A stretch of DNA of 43,603 nt from a virus. Lineage: Duplodnaviria; Caudoviricetes. The stretch covers positions 1 to 43,603 of the IMG/VR virus record IMGVR_UViG_3300031454_000012. One strand, given 5' to 3'. Position 1 is the first letter of the stretch; every line of letters begins with the position of its first letter. The position numbers were made by a program, and so were the translations under genes. Shown in pieces: positions 17,668 through 27,700 of the stretch. The notes under the pieces are model-generated. The model saw only the letters and a program-made list of their open reading frames with translations, was not told where the DNA came from and ran no database searches.

Positions 17668-19022
17668 AGCTCTCCCACACTCAAGCTCGCATGCAGGCGC
17701 TCGCCGCGTCGGGCCGCAAGGAGTGGTTCCAGATCCAGGCGGCCGCGGACGGGGGCAACGTCGCGAAGGTCTACGTCTACGACCGGATCGGCTTCTCCTG
17801 GTTCTTCGGCGGGGTCTCGGCAAAGGACATGGTCGATCAGCTCGACGAGATCACCGCCGGCGAGATCCATGTGCACATCAACTCACCGGGCGGCGACGTC
17901 TACGACGGCATCGCGATCATGAACGCGCTGCGCCACCACGACGCAAAGGTTGTGGCCTACATCGACGGCCTGGCCGCATCAGCAGCATCCGTGGTCGCGA
18001 TGGGCGCCGACGAGGTCGTCATGTCGACCGGCGCCGAGATGATGGTGCACGACGCGTGGAGCATCGCGCTCGGCGACGCGGCAGAGATGCGCGCCGCGGC
18101 GGAGGATCTGGACCGGATCAGCAACAACCTCGCGAAGTTGTACGCCCGCAAGGCAGGCGGAACCACGCAGCAGTGGCGCGACGTGATGGTCGCTGAGACG
18201 TGGTACTCCGACAGTGAGGCGGTCGCGGCCGGCCTCGCGGACCGTGTCGACGACGCCACGGAGGACGCCGACGATGCGCCTGCCGTGGCTGCCGCATGGG
18301 ATCTGTCCGTCTTCGCTCACGCCGGCCGGGACCACGCCCCGAAGCCGGCCATGCCGGCCAACGCTTTCGCTGCTGGCGGTCCCCTCCCGCTCGGGTCGAT
18401 CCAGGTGCGTAACCGCACCGGCCGTCCTGAGCGGATCCACAAGCCCTCGTCCGCGTCCGCGGCCGAGTACACCCCTCCGAACGCTCCGGCGCCGGGGGAC
18501 ACCTCGCAGAAGGGATCAGCTGTGGCCTTCACGGATCAGCAGATGACCACCATGCGGCAGTCGCTCGGCGTCCCCAACGACGCCGACGAGCAGACCATCC
18601 TCGCAGCCCTCGATGAGGCGCTGCAGGAGCGGGCTGGCGACGAGCCGTCCAACACCATCAACATCACCAACCAGGTCCCTGAGGGCATGGCCCTTGTCGA
18701 TGAGGCGACCCTGGCGAGCTTGCGCGACGACGCGGTCGCTGGCCGTGAGGCCCGTGACCAGCAGCAGACCGAGCGCCGGCAGAACCTCGTGTCGACTGCT
18801 GTGCGCGAGGGCCGCATCCCGCCCGCCCGCCGGCAGCACTGGGAGGCCCAACTGGCGGCAGATCCCGGTGCGGAGGCCGTACTCGCGAGCCTTTCCGCCG
18901 GCCTGGTGCCGATGGACGAGATCGGGCACGGCGACCCCGCCGGTCCGCAGTCGGCCGACATGGCCGACGAGACCTACAACACGCTGTTCCCGGGTTCCGG
19001 GTCGCAGCAGAAGGAGGGCTGA
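17664..19022 (+). CDS. ClpP-type head maturation protease fused to scaffold domain
   Basis: HINSPGGDV, GLAASAAS, MMVHD, ETW; helical C-terminus with AVREGRIPPA. Confidence 0.92.
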   Translation: MKLSHTQARMQALAASGRKEWFQIQAAADGGNVAKVYVYDRIGFSWFFGGVSAKDMVDQLDEITAGEIHVHINSPGGDVYDGIAIMNALRHHDAKVVAYIDGLAASAASVVAMGADEVVMSTGAEMMVHDAWSIALGDAAEMRAAAEDLDRISNNLAKLYARKAGGTTQQWRDVMVAETWYSDSEAVAAGLADRVDDATEDADDAPAVAAAWDLSVFAHAGRDHAPKPAMPANAFAAGGPLPLGSIQVRNRTGRPERIHKPSSASAAEYTPPNAPAPGDTSQKGSAVAFTDQQMTTMRQSLGVPNDADEQTILAALDEALQERAGDEPSNTINITNQVPEGMALVDEATLASLRDDAVAGREARDQQQTERRQNLVSTAVREGRIPPARRQHWEAQLAADPGAEAVLASLSAGLVPMDEIGHGDPAGPQSADMADETYNTLFPGSGSQQKEG

Positions 19023-19025
19023 TCC

Positions 19026-19385
19026 ATGGCCGAGAAGGTTCCCGTCTTCACCCCAGGTCAGGCGATCACCCGTCAGGCCTCAGCTGCCATCACTGGTGGC
19101 CAGCTCGTCATGGTGTCCGGGCCGGGCACTGTCGCCCCCTCCGCCGCCGCCTCGACCGCGGTGCTGGGCATGGCCGGTTTCGACGTGGCCAGTGGGGATC
19201 AGGTGACCGTCCATAAGGGCGAGGTCCTGCCCCTGGTGGCCTCTGGCGCGATCGTCGCGGGCTCTCCCGTGATCTCCGCAGCTGCTGGCCGTGTCGCGGC
19301 CTCGGCGGCACCCCCGGCCGGCCAGCAGGTCGGCATCGCCCTCACCACGGCCGCCGACGGCGGAATCGTGGAGGTCGCGCGCTGA
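19026..19385 (+). CDS. Capsid decoration/cement protein (DUF2190-like)
   Basis: AAGGAGG SD; small A/G-rich beta protein between scaffold and capsid. Confidence 0.75.
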   Translation: MAEKVPVFTPGQAITRQASAAITGGQLVMVSGPGTVAPSAAASTAVLGMAGFDVASGDQVTVHKGEVLPLVASGAIVAGSPVISAAAGRVAASAAPPAGQQVGIALTTAADGGIVEVAR

Positions 19386-19425
19386 CCGGCGCGCGACCCC
19401 TCACGGAAAGGACCAGGTACTCCTC

Positions 19426-20379
19426 ATGAGCACCACCTACCCGCCCACGCCGGCCACCGTCTCGGGCGACTCTGTCACCATCCACCGGTTCCTGAAGGAG
19501 CCGACGCTCGTTGCGCGGCGCCTGCAGACGCTGCTGGACCTGCGCTACGTCGCGGACTTCTTGCTCCGGGAACGGCTCACGGCCGCCGGCGGCTCCATCA
19601 CCTACGAGTCCGGTGAGCCCCTGGGCACGTCGGAGAACCCACGGGCGGTCGCCCCAGGCGCGGAGTACCCGCTCGTCACCATCGGTGGCGGCGCGATCTC
19701 CACGGCACGCACCACCAAGTGGGGTCAGGACGCCCTCGTCACCGACGAGGCGATCTCGCGTCTCAAGATGTCACCGGTCAACCGGGCCCTGACCAAGCTG
19801 GCCAACCAGAACGTCATGTTCGTTGACGGGTTGGCCCTGTCGGCGATCGTGTCGGCGCTCACGGCGTCCGGCTCGACCCGACCGGCGACCGCGTCCTGGC
19901 GGCTGCCGGCGACCACGGCCGAGCAGATCCTGCGCGACGTGCTCCTGGCGAAGGCCGACGCCGCGCAGCGTGAGCTCGGCATCGACCACGACACGGTAGT
20001 CCTGGACGACATCACCTACGCGTGGGTGAAGTCGAAGTTCATCGCCTCCGGCTACCTGCCGCGGGAGTCCACCATCGTGACGGACGGGGCTTTCCCTCGA
20101 GTCGAGGGCCTCACGTGGGTCCCGACGTCCCACGGACCGTCGGCTGTGGCCGCGCTCGTCGACACCGACCTGCTCGGTGGCATGGCCGACGAGAACATCG
20201 AGTCCCCGGGCTACGTCCGCGCCGGAGTCGGCGTTAACGGGCAGCGCGTCGCGCCGGTCGAGTCCAAGACCATCCGCGAGGACCAGGAGGACCGTTACCG
20301 GCTGCGCGCTCGCCGGGTCACGGTGCCCGTCATCCTCGAGCCCTACGCCGGGACTCTCATCACCGGCGTGGCGGCCTGA
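19426..20379 (+). CDS. Major capsid protein (HK97 fold)
   Basis: Position; VAPGAEYP, TTKWGQ..VTDEA. Confidence 0.88.
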   Translation: MSTTYPPTPATVSGDSVTIHRFLKEPTLVARRLQTLLDLRYVADFLLRERLTAAGGSITYESGEPLGTSENPRAVAPGAEYPLVTIGGGAISTARTTKWGQDALVTDEAISRLKMSPVNRALTKLANQNVMFVDGLALSAIVSALTASGSTRPATASWRLPATTAEQILRDVLLAKADAAQRELGIDHDTVVLDDITYAWVKSKFIASGYLPRESTIVTDGAFPRVEGLTWVPTSHGPSAVAALVDTDLLGGMADENIESPGYVRAGVGVNGQRVAPVESKTIREDQEDRYRLRARRVTVPVILEPYAGTLITGVAA

Positions 20380-20390
20380 GAGGGGCGGGC

Positions 20391-20825
20391 ATGACTCACA
20401 TCGTCACCGCACCCCTGGTCATCGTCCGGGCAGCCGACGGCACCGACCGGTACCTGTACCGGGGCGTCCCGGTCCCAGCGGACATCCCCGCGGACCACGT
20501 CCGGCCGTTGGTGGAGCTGGGCATGGTCAAGGTCGGGACCACAGCCGACGTCACCGCCGCGTCGGCCGAGATCCAGACGCCAGCGAAGGCGGCCAACCAC
20601 GCGGCCTGGATCGAGTACGCCATCTCCCAGGGCGTCCCGGCCGAGGACGCAGCCAAGACCACCAAGAAGGACCTGGTGGCCCGCTACCTCGGCGACACGG
20701 CCGACCCCCCCTCGACCACGGCCCAGGTCGTCGTGATCCCCGGCCCGGGAGACCCGACAGGGTTCGTCGACACCAGCGTGGTCCCACCCGAGGACCTCGG
20801 CGCCGACCCTGCCGTCGACGCCTGA
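20391..20825 (+). CDS. Head-associated hypothetical protein
   Basis: After capsid; WIEYA...TKKDL helical motif. Confidence 0.7.
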   Translation: MTHIVTAPLVIVRAADGTDRYLYRGVPVPADIPADHVRPLVELGMVKVGTTADVTAASAEIQTPAKAANHAAWIEYAISQGVPAEDAAKTTKKDLVARYLGDTADPPSTTAQVVVIPGPGDPTGFVDTSVVPPEDLGADPAVDA

Positions 20826-20844
20826 CCCAGGGGAGCCACCCGTC

Positions 20845-21225
20845 ATGCCACTGGACCCGCAACGCCTCACCACGTTCCTGGGCTACCCGGCCGACCAGCC
20901 GGTCACCCAGCAGCAATCTGAGGTTGCGGAGTCCATGGCTGTCGGGTGGCTCTCCGAAGCCACCGGCCTCGACGCGTGGCCAGACCCTGTCCCGAAGATC
21001 ATCGACACATGGATCCTCGAGCTGGCTGCGATCGCGTTCGAGAACCCGACGTCGATGGAGGACGACCAGGCAGGTGAGGTCCGGTCCGGGTGGCGGGACC
21101 GGCGCTCACAGATCCTGGCGCAGGCCCGGGCGTGGTCGGCACGCAACGGCCACGCGAAGCCGACAGGGTCGTCAGTGTCCCGTGGGTGCTTCCCCCCGGT
21201 CCTGCCGCTGCCTGGGTCGTACTGA
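20845..21225 (+). CDS. Head-to-tail adaptor
   Basis: WILELAAIAFENPT; position. Confidence 0.75.
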   Translation: MPLDPQRLTTFLGYPADQPVTQQQSEVAESMAVGWLSEATGLDAWPDPVPKIIDTWILELAAIAFENPTSMEDDQAGEVRSGWRDRRSQILAQARAWSARNGHAKPTGSSVSRGCFPPVLPLPGSY

Positions 21226-21878
21226 TGGCCCGTATGGCCTCCCGGCACGTCACGGAGCGCCCGGTGGTCCAGCCGTACACCGACACCGACGGGTGGTCAG
21301 GGTCGTTCGGTGCGCCTGTGCAGCTGCACGCCCAGGCGGAGCACACACAGCAGATCGTCACAGACAAAGACGGCGCGCGGGTGGTCTCGGTCCTGACGCT
21401 GCGTATCCCTGGCCGCTCCACGGCCGATGTGGCCACGGTGTGCGCACCAGGTGCCCGGGTCGACTACGACGGCACCACGTCCTACATCCTGTCGATCGCC
21501 CCGGTCCGCCGCCACGGGGTGGTGCAGTTCTGGCGAGTCCTCACAGGTGAACTTCCCCCGAAGCACGACGACGGTTACACGGTCACCGCGGTGGTGCACC
21601 ACGGGCCCGGCCTGGACTTGCGCGGCAACTACGTCCCCTCGACAGGGTCCGAGACCTACGCCGTCGCCGTGTTCCGAACCGGATCGACGTCCGAGCCGGT
21701 CGACGAGTCCGACCAGGCGATCACCACCGGAACACTGCTGCTGCAGGCGGCTGCTGAAGTGACGTCGACGGCCACAGTGCAAATCTCGGGCCACCCGGCG
21801 CTCGCAGGTTGGTGGCAGGTCGATGGTGACCCGTCGCCGGTGGCGTCGCGCCTCGAGGTGCCGTTGCGGAGGTCGTGA
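21225..21878 (+). CDS. Head closure/stopper protein, apparently two tandem domains
   Basis: 217 aa with two ~105-aa beta-rich halves; TGATG coupling. Confidence 0.65.
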   Translation: MARMASRHVTERPVVQPYTDTDGWSGSFGAPVQLHAQAEHTQQIVTDKDGARVVSVLTLRIPGRSTADVATVCAPGARVDYDGTTSYILSIAPVRRHGVVQFWRVLTGELPPKHDDGYTVTAVVHHGPGLDLRGNYVPSTGSETYAVAVFRTGSTSEPVDESDQAITTGTLLLQAAAEVTSTATVQISGHPALAGWWQVDGDPSPVASRLEVPLRRS

Positions 21879-22198
21879 TGGCCAAGGTGACGTACAAGCC
21901 GATCCGTTCGGGATTGGAGCAGGTGGCCAGGTCGTCCGAGGTGGGGTCGCAGATGGTCGCGGCCGCGGAATCGGGTCGACGGTTCGCGGAGGGCATCGCC
22001 CCGGTGGGCCCGACCGGCAACTACCGGCGCAGCTTCCGAGTGCGCCGTTCGGAGATCACGGTGCCGGGCGGGAGGGTCCGCAGGGTGGCGGGCGCGGTGT
22101 TGGAGAACACGGCCCCGCACGCGGGCCTCGTCGAGTGGCACAACCGGTCGTTCGTATTGACCCGCACGATGGCGCACATCGAGCAGGAGAACGGGTGA
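21878..22198 (+). CDS. HK97 gp10-like neck protein
   Basis: APVGPTGNYRRSF, APHAGLVEW. Confidence 0.75.
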   Translation: MAKVTYKPIRSGLEQVARSSEVGSQMVAAAESGRRFAEGIAPVGPTGNYRRSFRVRRSEITVPGGRVRRVAGAVLENTAPHAGLVEWHNRSFVLTRTMAHIEQENG

Positions 22199-22202
22199 CC
22201 CG

Positions 22203-22664
22203 GTGAGCCAATACCTAGACGGCATGGAAGCCCTGTACGTGCTCCTGGCGGGCACCCAGGCTGAGGACACGGCCGGTAACCCCGTCACGGTGAACGTCGG
22301 GAACGCCGACCAGGTGCTGCCGCCGGCGGTGACCGCACTACAGCTGCCGGCGGACCTGTCGGACCGGATCCGGAACGACTTGGCGGTGTTCCTGCTGATC
22401 ACCCGGTCGGGTTGGTCTGACGACCAACAGATGGTCGAGGGTCAGGAGCGGGTCACCGTGGAGGTGTACGCCCGGACCGCGGACGCTGTCCGGGCGATCA
22501 GCAAGGCGATCGAGGCTTTCCTCATCGACAACTTCCACGCCGTGCCTGGTGTCGGCTTCATCGACGACGTGCTCTTCGACACCCGGTGGCGGATGCTCCA
22601 GGTCCCCACCACCGATTACGCGCAGTCCACCGCCACCTACCGGGTGGTGTCTCGACCGGACTGA
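22203..22664 (+). CDS. Tail terminator
   Basis: VTVEVYA; position before major tail gene. Confidence 0.7.
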   Translation: MSQYLDGMEALYVLLAGTQAEDTAGNPVTVNVGNADQVLPPAVTALQLPADLSDRIRNDLAVFLLITRSGWSDDQQMVEGQERVTVEVYARTADAVRAISKAIEAFLIDNFHAVPGVGFIDDVLFDTRWRMLQVPTTDYAQSTATYRVVSRPD

Positions 22665-22735
22665 TCACACCCGGTGTTGTACCTAACCTGCCCCGTCCGG
22701 GGCTGACCCTCAGAGCCCTGGAAGGGGATCCTGTT

Positions 22736-23392
22736 ATGCCCACCATGAACGAGATGATCGCGGCGGCCGAGTTCACCGTCGCTATGCGCAAGTTCCGTCA
22801 GATCCTGGTCTACGTGGCCCCGACCACGGCGGCCCCGGTGACGACCCTCACCGGCCCGACCGGGGCCTTCCTCGCGGTGCCCCCCGCCTACATCCCGGTC
22901 GGTCTGCTCCGCAAGGACGCGGGGGTGACGTTCCCCCGGTCGGTCGACAAGTCGGAGACGGAGTCGATCAACCACGGGTCAGCGACCCGGGAGGACACTG
23001 AGTCCGACGATCGGATGGTCAAGTTCACCGCGCAGCAGACCACGAAGACGGTCCTGGAGCTGTCGCAGGGCTTGAACCTGTCGGGCGTGACGCGCGCCGC
23101 GAACGGTGAGGTGTCCTTCCCGCACCCTGAGCTCCCCGACGACATGTTCTACCGGCTGTTGGTGATCGGGTTCGACCCGAAGTACCAGATCGGGGCGGGC
23201 AAGTTCTTGCCGCAGTGGCAGCCGATGGACTTCCCCGAGACCAAGTGGGGCAACGACGTCACCGACTACGAGATCACCGGGAAGGCGTTCCCGGACGACG
23301 TCCTGGGCTACTCGGTGTGGGACATCGCAGTGTGCGGTCCGGGAGCCATCACCCACGCGGCCGCGCTGGGCTTCACCGCTGCCGGGCCCTGA
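22736..23392 (+). CDS. Major tail protein
   Basis: PVGLLRKDAGVTF, YRLLVIG, YEITGKAFPDDVLG; position. Confidence 0.85.
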   Translation: MPTMNEMIAAAEFTVAMRKFRQILVYVAPTTAAPVTTLTGPTGAFLAVPPAYIPVGLLRKDAGVTFPRSVDKSETESINHGSATREDTESDDRMVKFTAQQTTKTVLELSQGLNLSGVTRAANGEVSFPHPELPDDMFYRLLVIGFDPKYQIGAGKFLPQWQPMDFPETKWGNDVTDYEITGKAFPDDVLGYSVWDIAVCGPGAITHAAALGFTAAGP

Positions 23393-23410
23393 CCCGGCCC
23401 TTTCCTGATC

Positions 23411-23458
23411 GTCGTGGTGGCGGCCGCGCGCTACCGGGTGTGGCGCCGTCACCACGAC
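23411..23458 (+). terminator. GC-rich stem-loop after major tail gene (attenuator/mRNA stabiliser)
   Basis: GTCGTGGTGGCGGC ... GCCGTCACCACGAC inverted repeat, no U-tract. Confidence 0.45.
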
Positions 23459-23523
23459 CCGCGCAGACCGCACGGGACCAACACCTTCCACCGCACCCGG
23501 ACACACCGCCCAGGAGGCACCGC

Positions 23524-23727
23524 ATGGACACCACCGAACTGCCCATCAAGCACTTCGTCCGCGGCACAGAGACGCGGCAATCCACGTCCCCGAAGGACCA
23601 CTCCATGTGGATCCGGCAGGGCTTCCACGCGGTAGTCGACGACGAGGCGGCGACCCGCTCGGCGGCGGGCTCGAAGGCCGCCGCGACCCGCGCCGCCAAC
23701 CAGCAGGACGGGGCCGGTCAGTCCTGA
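23524..23727 (+). CDS. Small hypothetical protein
   Basis: AGGAGG SD before ATG 23524. Confidence 0.7.
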   Translation: MDTTELPIKHFVRGTETRQSTSPKDHSMWIRQGFHAVVDDEAATRSAAGSKAAATRAANQQDGAGQS

Positions 23728-23782
23728 CCGCCCCGAGCACCACAACACCGCATTCACCCAACACCCGGAGGTATTACCCAGC

Positions 23783-24124
23783 ATGAGCAACACACCCAGC
23801 AAGGACTCCCCGACGGTGCTCGGCTCCATCCAGGAGATCCAGAAGAACGCGAACGAGCTCGACCGGCAACCGGCGTCGTTCATGACGTCTGAGGGTCGGA
23901 TCACGTTCCCGGACCCGATGACGATGGACGCGTTCGAGTCCGACGACCTGCTCAGCTTCGTCGTCGGCAACAGCTCGGACTCGCGGGCCGCGTTGAAGCG
24001 GTGGCTCTCCGACGAGGACTTCGCCAAGGTCGAGAAGGAGAAGATGACCCGTCGGGCGCTGGGCGACCTGATGGGCAAGGTCCAGGCGTACTACAGCGAC
24101 GTGTTCGGGGCCCCGGGGGAATAG
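23783..24124 (+). CDS. Tail assembly chaperone (gpG-like)
   Basis: GGAGG SD; ends CCG GGG GAA TAG slippery site. Confidence 0.85.
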   Translation: MSNTPSKDSPTVLGSIQEIQKNANELDRQPASFMTSEGRITFPDPMTMDAFESDDLLSFVVGNSSDSRAALKRWLSDEDFAKVEKEKMTRRALGDLMGKVQAYYSDVFGAPGE

Positions 24125-24672
24125 TCCGCCTCGGACAGCTGCTCGACCGGTTCCGGCCGGCCATCCGGTGTGACCTCATGCAGGTCTACGGGGTGGACCT
24201 GCCTGTGTGGTTGAGCCAACGTCGGTACCGGGCGGTCCTCGAGCTGATCGACGGACTGCCTTCGGCATCGAGGCTGCGAGAGGCGATCTTCAACGACCCG
24301 GTTGAGGCGGAGCGGATCCTCGCGAACCGTCGGCGTGACCGTGACCGGGAGTTCAAGGCGTCCCTGTTCATCCAGGGGGACGTACCGGCTGTGGACGATG
24401 AGCCTGATGACGTGGTGCCGGACCCGGTGTGGCGGCCTCGGATGTCGGAGTGGGACGTGACTGCGGTGCAGCTGGCGTCGCTGGACGCCAGGTTGCAGCA
24501 GGTGACCAACACCATCGCGTCAGCGAATGCGGGTAAGCAGCAGGGGTCGGTGTCACCGTTCCCGGCTCCGCGGACGCTCGTCGACGTCCTGGATGACTCG
24601 GAGTATGTCGCCGGCTACCGGGACGCCCTGGCGGTGTTCTCCCCACACCTGGTGTCTCGACGCGGCTCCTGA
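24115..24672 (+). CDS. Tail assembly chaperone -1 frameshift extension (gpGT-like)
   Basis: G GGG GAA at 24115-24121 leads into the open -1 frame (DLMQVYGVDL..LIDGLPSASRL). Confidence 0.8.
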   Translation, partial: GGIVRLGQLLDRFRPAIRCDLMQVYGVDLPVWLSQRRYRAVLELIDGLPSASRLREAIFNDPVEAERILANRRRDRDREFKASLFIQGDVPAVDDEPDDVVPDPVWRPRMSEWDVTAVQLASLDARLQQVTNTIASANAGKQQGSVSPFPAPRTLVDVLDDSEYVAGYRDALAVFSPHLVSRRGS

Positions 24673-24715
24673 CCTGATCTGACCACCCTCGACGAGCAGG
24701 ACGGGACGGGGTGGG

Positions 24716-27700
24716 GTGGTGGCGCTTGTCGGGATGGCTCAGGTCGAGGTCGCACCCACCTTCAACAGGTGGGACTCCAAGGTCCGCCGTGGCGTCACCG
24801 GCCCGGGTGTGGTCGCTGCCGGTGAGGCGTCGGGCAACCAGGTCGCGGAGGGCTTCGAGCGGTCCACGTCGTCCCGGTTGCGGTCCGTGTTCTCCGGGAT
24901 CGTCCGGTACGGCTCGACGGCCCTACTGGGCATCGCCGCGGCCGCGGGCACGGTGGGGATCCGTACCGCGGCGGGCATGGAGACCGCGAACATCTCGTTC
25001 ACGACGATGCTCGGCTCGGCGGGCAAGGCGAAGTCATTCCTGTCGGACCTGAACGACTTCGCCGCGAAGACCCCGTTCGACCTTCCCGGGCTGCAGCAGT
25101 CCGCGCAGTCCCTGGTCTCGATCGGTATCGACGCGGACAAGGTCATCCCGATCATGACCACCCTCGGCAACGTCACCGCGGGGATGGGCACCGGCGCCGA
25201 GGGCGTGCAACGGGCCACGGTCGCGATCCAGCAGATGAACGCTGCCGGCAAGATCAGCGCGGAGGACCTGAACCAGCTCCGCGACGCCGGCATCCCCGTC
25301 TACGAGCTCCTCGCCGGCGCGACAGGCAAGTCAGTCGTGCAGGTCGCTGAGCTAGCCCGTCAGGGCAAGCTGGGCCGTGAAGAGCTCGACCAGCTGATGA
25401 CCGCGCTTGAGTCCGGGAAGGGCCTGGAGCGGTTCAACGGGATGATGGAGGCCCAGTCCCGGTCGCTGTCCGGGCTGTGGTCCACCCTGAAGGACACCTT
25501 CGCGGTGGGCATGGCTGAGGCGATCCAGCCGATCATCCCGACTATCAAGGACGGGCTCGGCGGCGCGATCTCCCTGGTGTCCGCCATGATGCCCCGGGTT
25601 CAGGCCGGCTTGGCGTGGCTGGTGTCGCAGGGCCCCGCCATGTCGGGCGTGTTCGCGGCAACGAAGGTGGCCGCCCAGGGTCTCTACGACCTGGTCGTCA
25701 AGGGCGACTACTCGGGCAAGCTCCGCTCGGCGTTCGGGTGGGAAGAGGACAACCGGAGCGTCGACAAGATCCTCGACATCCGCGACGCCGCGATCAACCT
25801 GTTCGCGCAGTTCCGAGGTGGGAACTTCTCGTCGGTCTCGACCGTGTTCTCGGCGCTCGCGACCTCGGCGGGTGACGCGGTGCGGGTGCTCCCGGCGTTG
25901 ACCCCGACCCTCTCCATGGCGGGCAAGCTGCTGGGGTGGATGGCCGACAACGTCGATCTGGTCGCCAAGGCACTCCCGTACCTGATCACCGCGTTCGTGA
26001 CCTACAAGGGGTTGCAGGCAGCGAACAACGTCCTTGGCCGCCAGTCGGTGGTCGGGATGGGGCTTCAGCTGGCGACGACGCTGTCGTTGACCGCGTCCAA
26101 CTTCGCCTTGGCCAAGTCCCAGAAGGCAGTGTCTACCTCGACGGTCCAGTCGAACGTGGCCACGAACGCGGGGTTCCTGGCCCGGGGCCGGGAGACGGCG
26201 GCCACGGTCGCGGGGACGGTCGCCAAGGGTGCGCAGGCGGTCGTCACCAAGAGCTTGACTGTTGCCCAGAAGGCACTGAACCTGGTCCTGACCAACAACC
26301 CGCTGGGGTGGGTGCTGAAAGGCATCATCCTGCTGGTCGGCGGGTTCACCCTGCTCTACGCGAAGAACGAGGCGTTCCGCGGCCTCGTGCAGCGGGTGTG
26401 GGCCGGTGTGAAGTCCGCGATCGGCGTGGTCGTCAACTGGTTCACCGGTTCCGCGGTCCCGTGGATGGGTCGTGCGCTGACCTCGATCGGGAACGGGGCC
26501 AAGGGCCTCTGGGTCAGCTACGTGGACCCGGCGTTCCGCAGCATCCTCGCCGCCGGCAAGTCCGTATTCGGGTGGGTCCTGAACACCGGTGTGCCGTGGG
26601 TCACCCGGGCGGTCACCCTCATCGGCACGGGCGTCAAGACGTTGTGGTCGGTCTACTGGGACGTCTACCTGTCCAAGGTCCTCGCCAGCGGCAAGTCCGT
26701 GTTCGGGTGGGTCCGCAACACCGGCCTGCCGTGGGTGAAGACCGCGTTCAACGGCATCGGGTCAGTCATCTCGACCACGGTGAACGAGGCGAAAAAGACC
26801 CTCGATTCCTTCCGCTCCGGCATCGGCGCCGTAGTGACCGCGTTCGGCGACGCAAAAGATGGCGTCGGCAAGATCTGGGGCAAGATCACCTCGGTCGTCG
26901 CCGCCCCGGTGATCTCGGTGATCAAGTTCCTCAACGACAAGTTCATTGGCGGCATCAACTCCCTGCTTTCCAAGATCCCCGGCGTCGACCTGCGGCTCAA
27001 GCTGATCCCGGTCCCGGGTATGCCGGTAGGTCTGACCTCAGACTCGGCCGGGTCCCGAGCCGGCAACGGCCGTGGTGGCCGCGGCGCTCAGTTCCTGGGC
27101 GGCGGCGGCATGGTCCGGGGCCCGTGGGCCGGACCGGCTGCTGACAACGTCCTCGGCTTGACCGATACAGGTATCCCGATCGCCAGGGTGAACCCTCGGG
27201 AATGGGTGCACCCGGTCGCCGCGGTGAACTACTACGGGCCTGCGTTCATGCGGGCGATCCAGCAGCGGGCCATCCCCCGCAACTTGCTGGGCATGGCCAG
27301 CGGTGGCCGCGTCGGCGGGTCGCTCGCCGACATCGGGTCGGCGTTGAAGTCATCCGCGGGCTTCCTCGGAGACATCTTGAAGAACCCGGTCGGCTACGTG
27401 AAGGGCAAGCTGTCCGGGATCCTGTCGGGGATCGGCAGTTCCCTGGCCGGCACGATGGCAAAGGGTGCCCTGGGCGGTGTCGCGGGCCGCTTGGGCTCCT
27501 GGGTGAAGGACCAGCTCTTCGGGGGCTCCCAGGGGGCCACGGGCGGCACCAGGTTGGGCATCAAGGGTATGCCGTGGCAGTCGATCTGGGGGATGATCCA
27601 GGCGGTGGCGCCCGAGGCGCGGATGACGTCGAACTACCGTGCTGGGGCGATCACCTCGTCGGGGTACAAGTCGCTCCACTCGCTCGGTCGGGCTGTGGAC

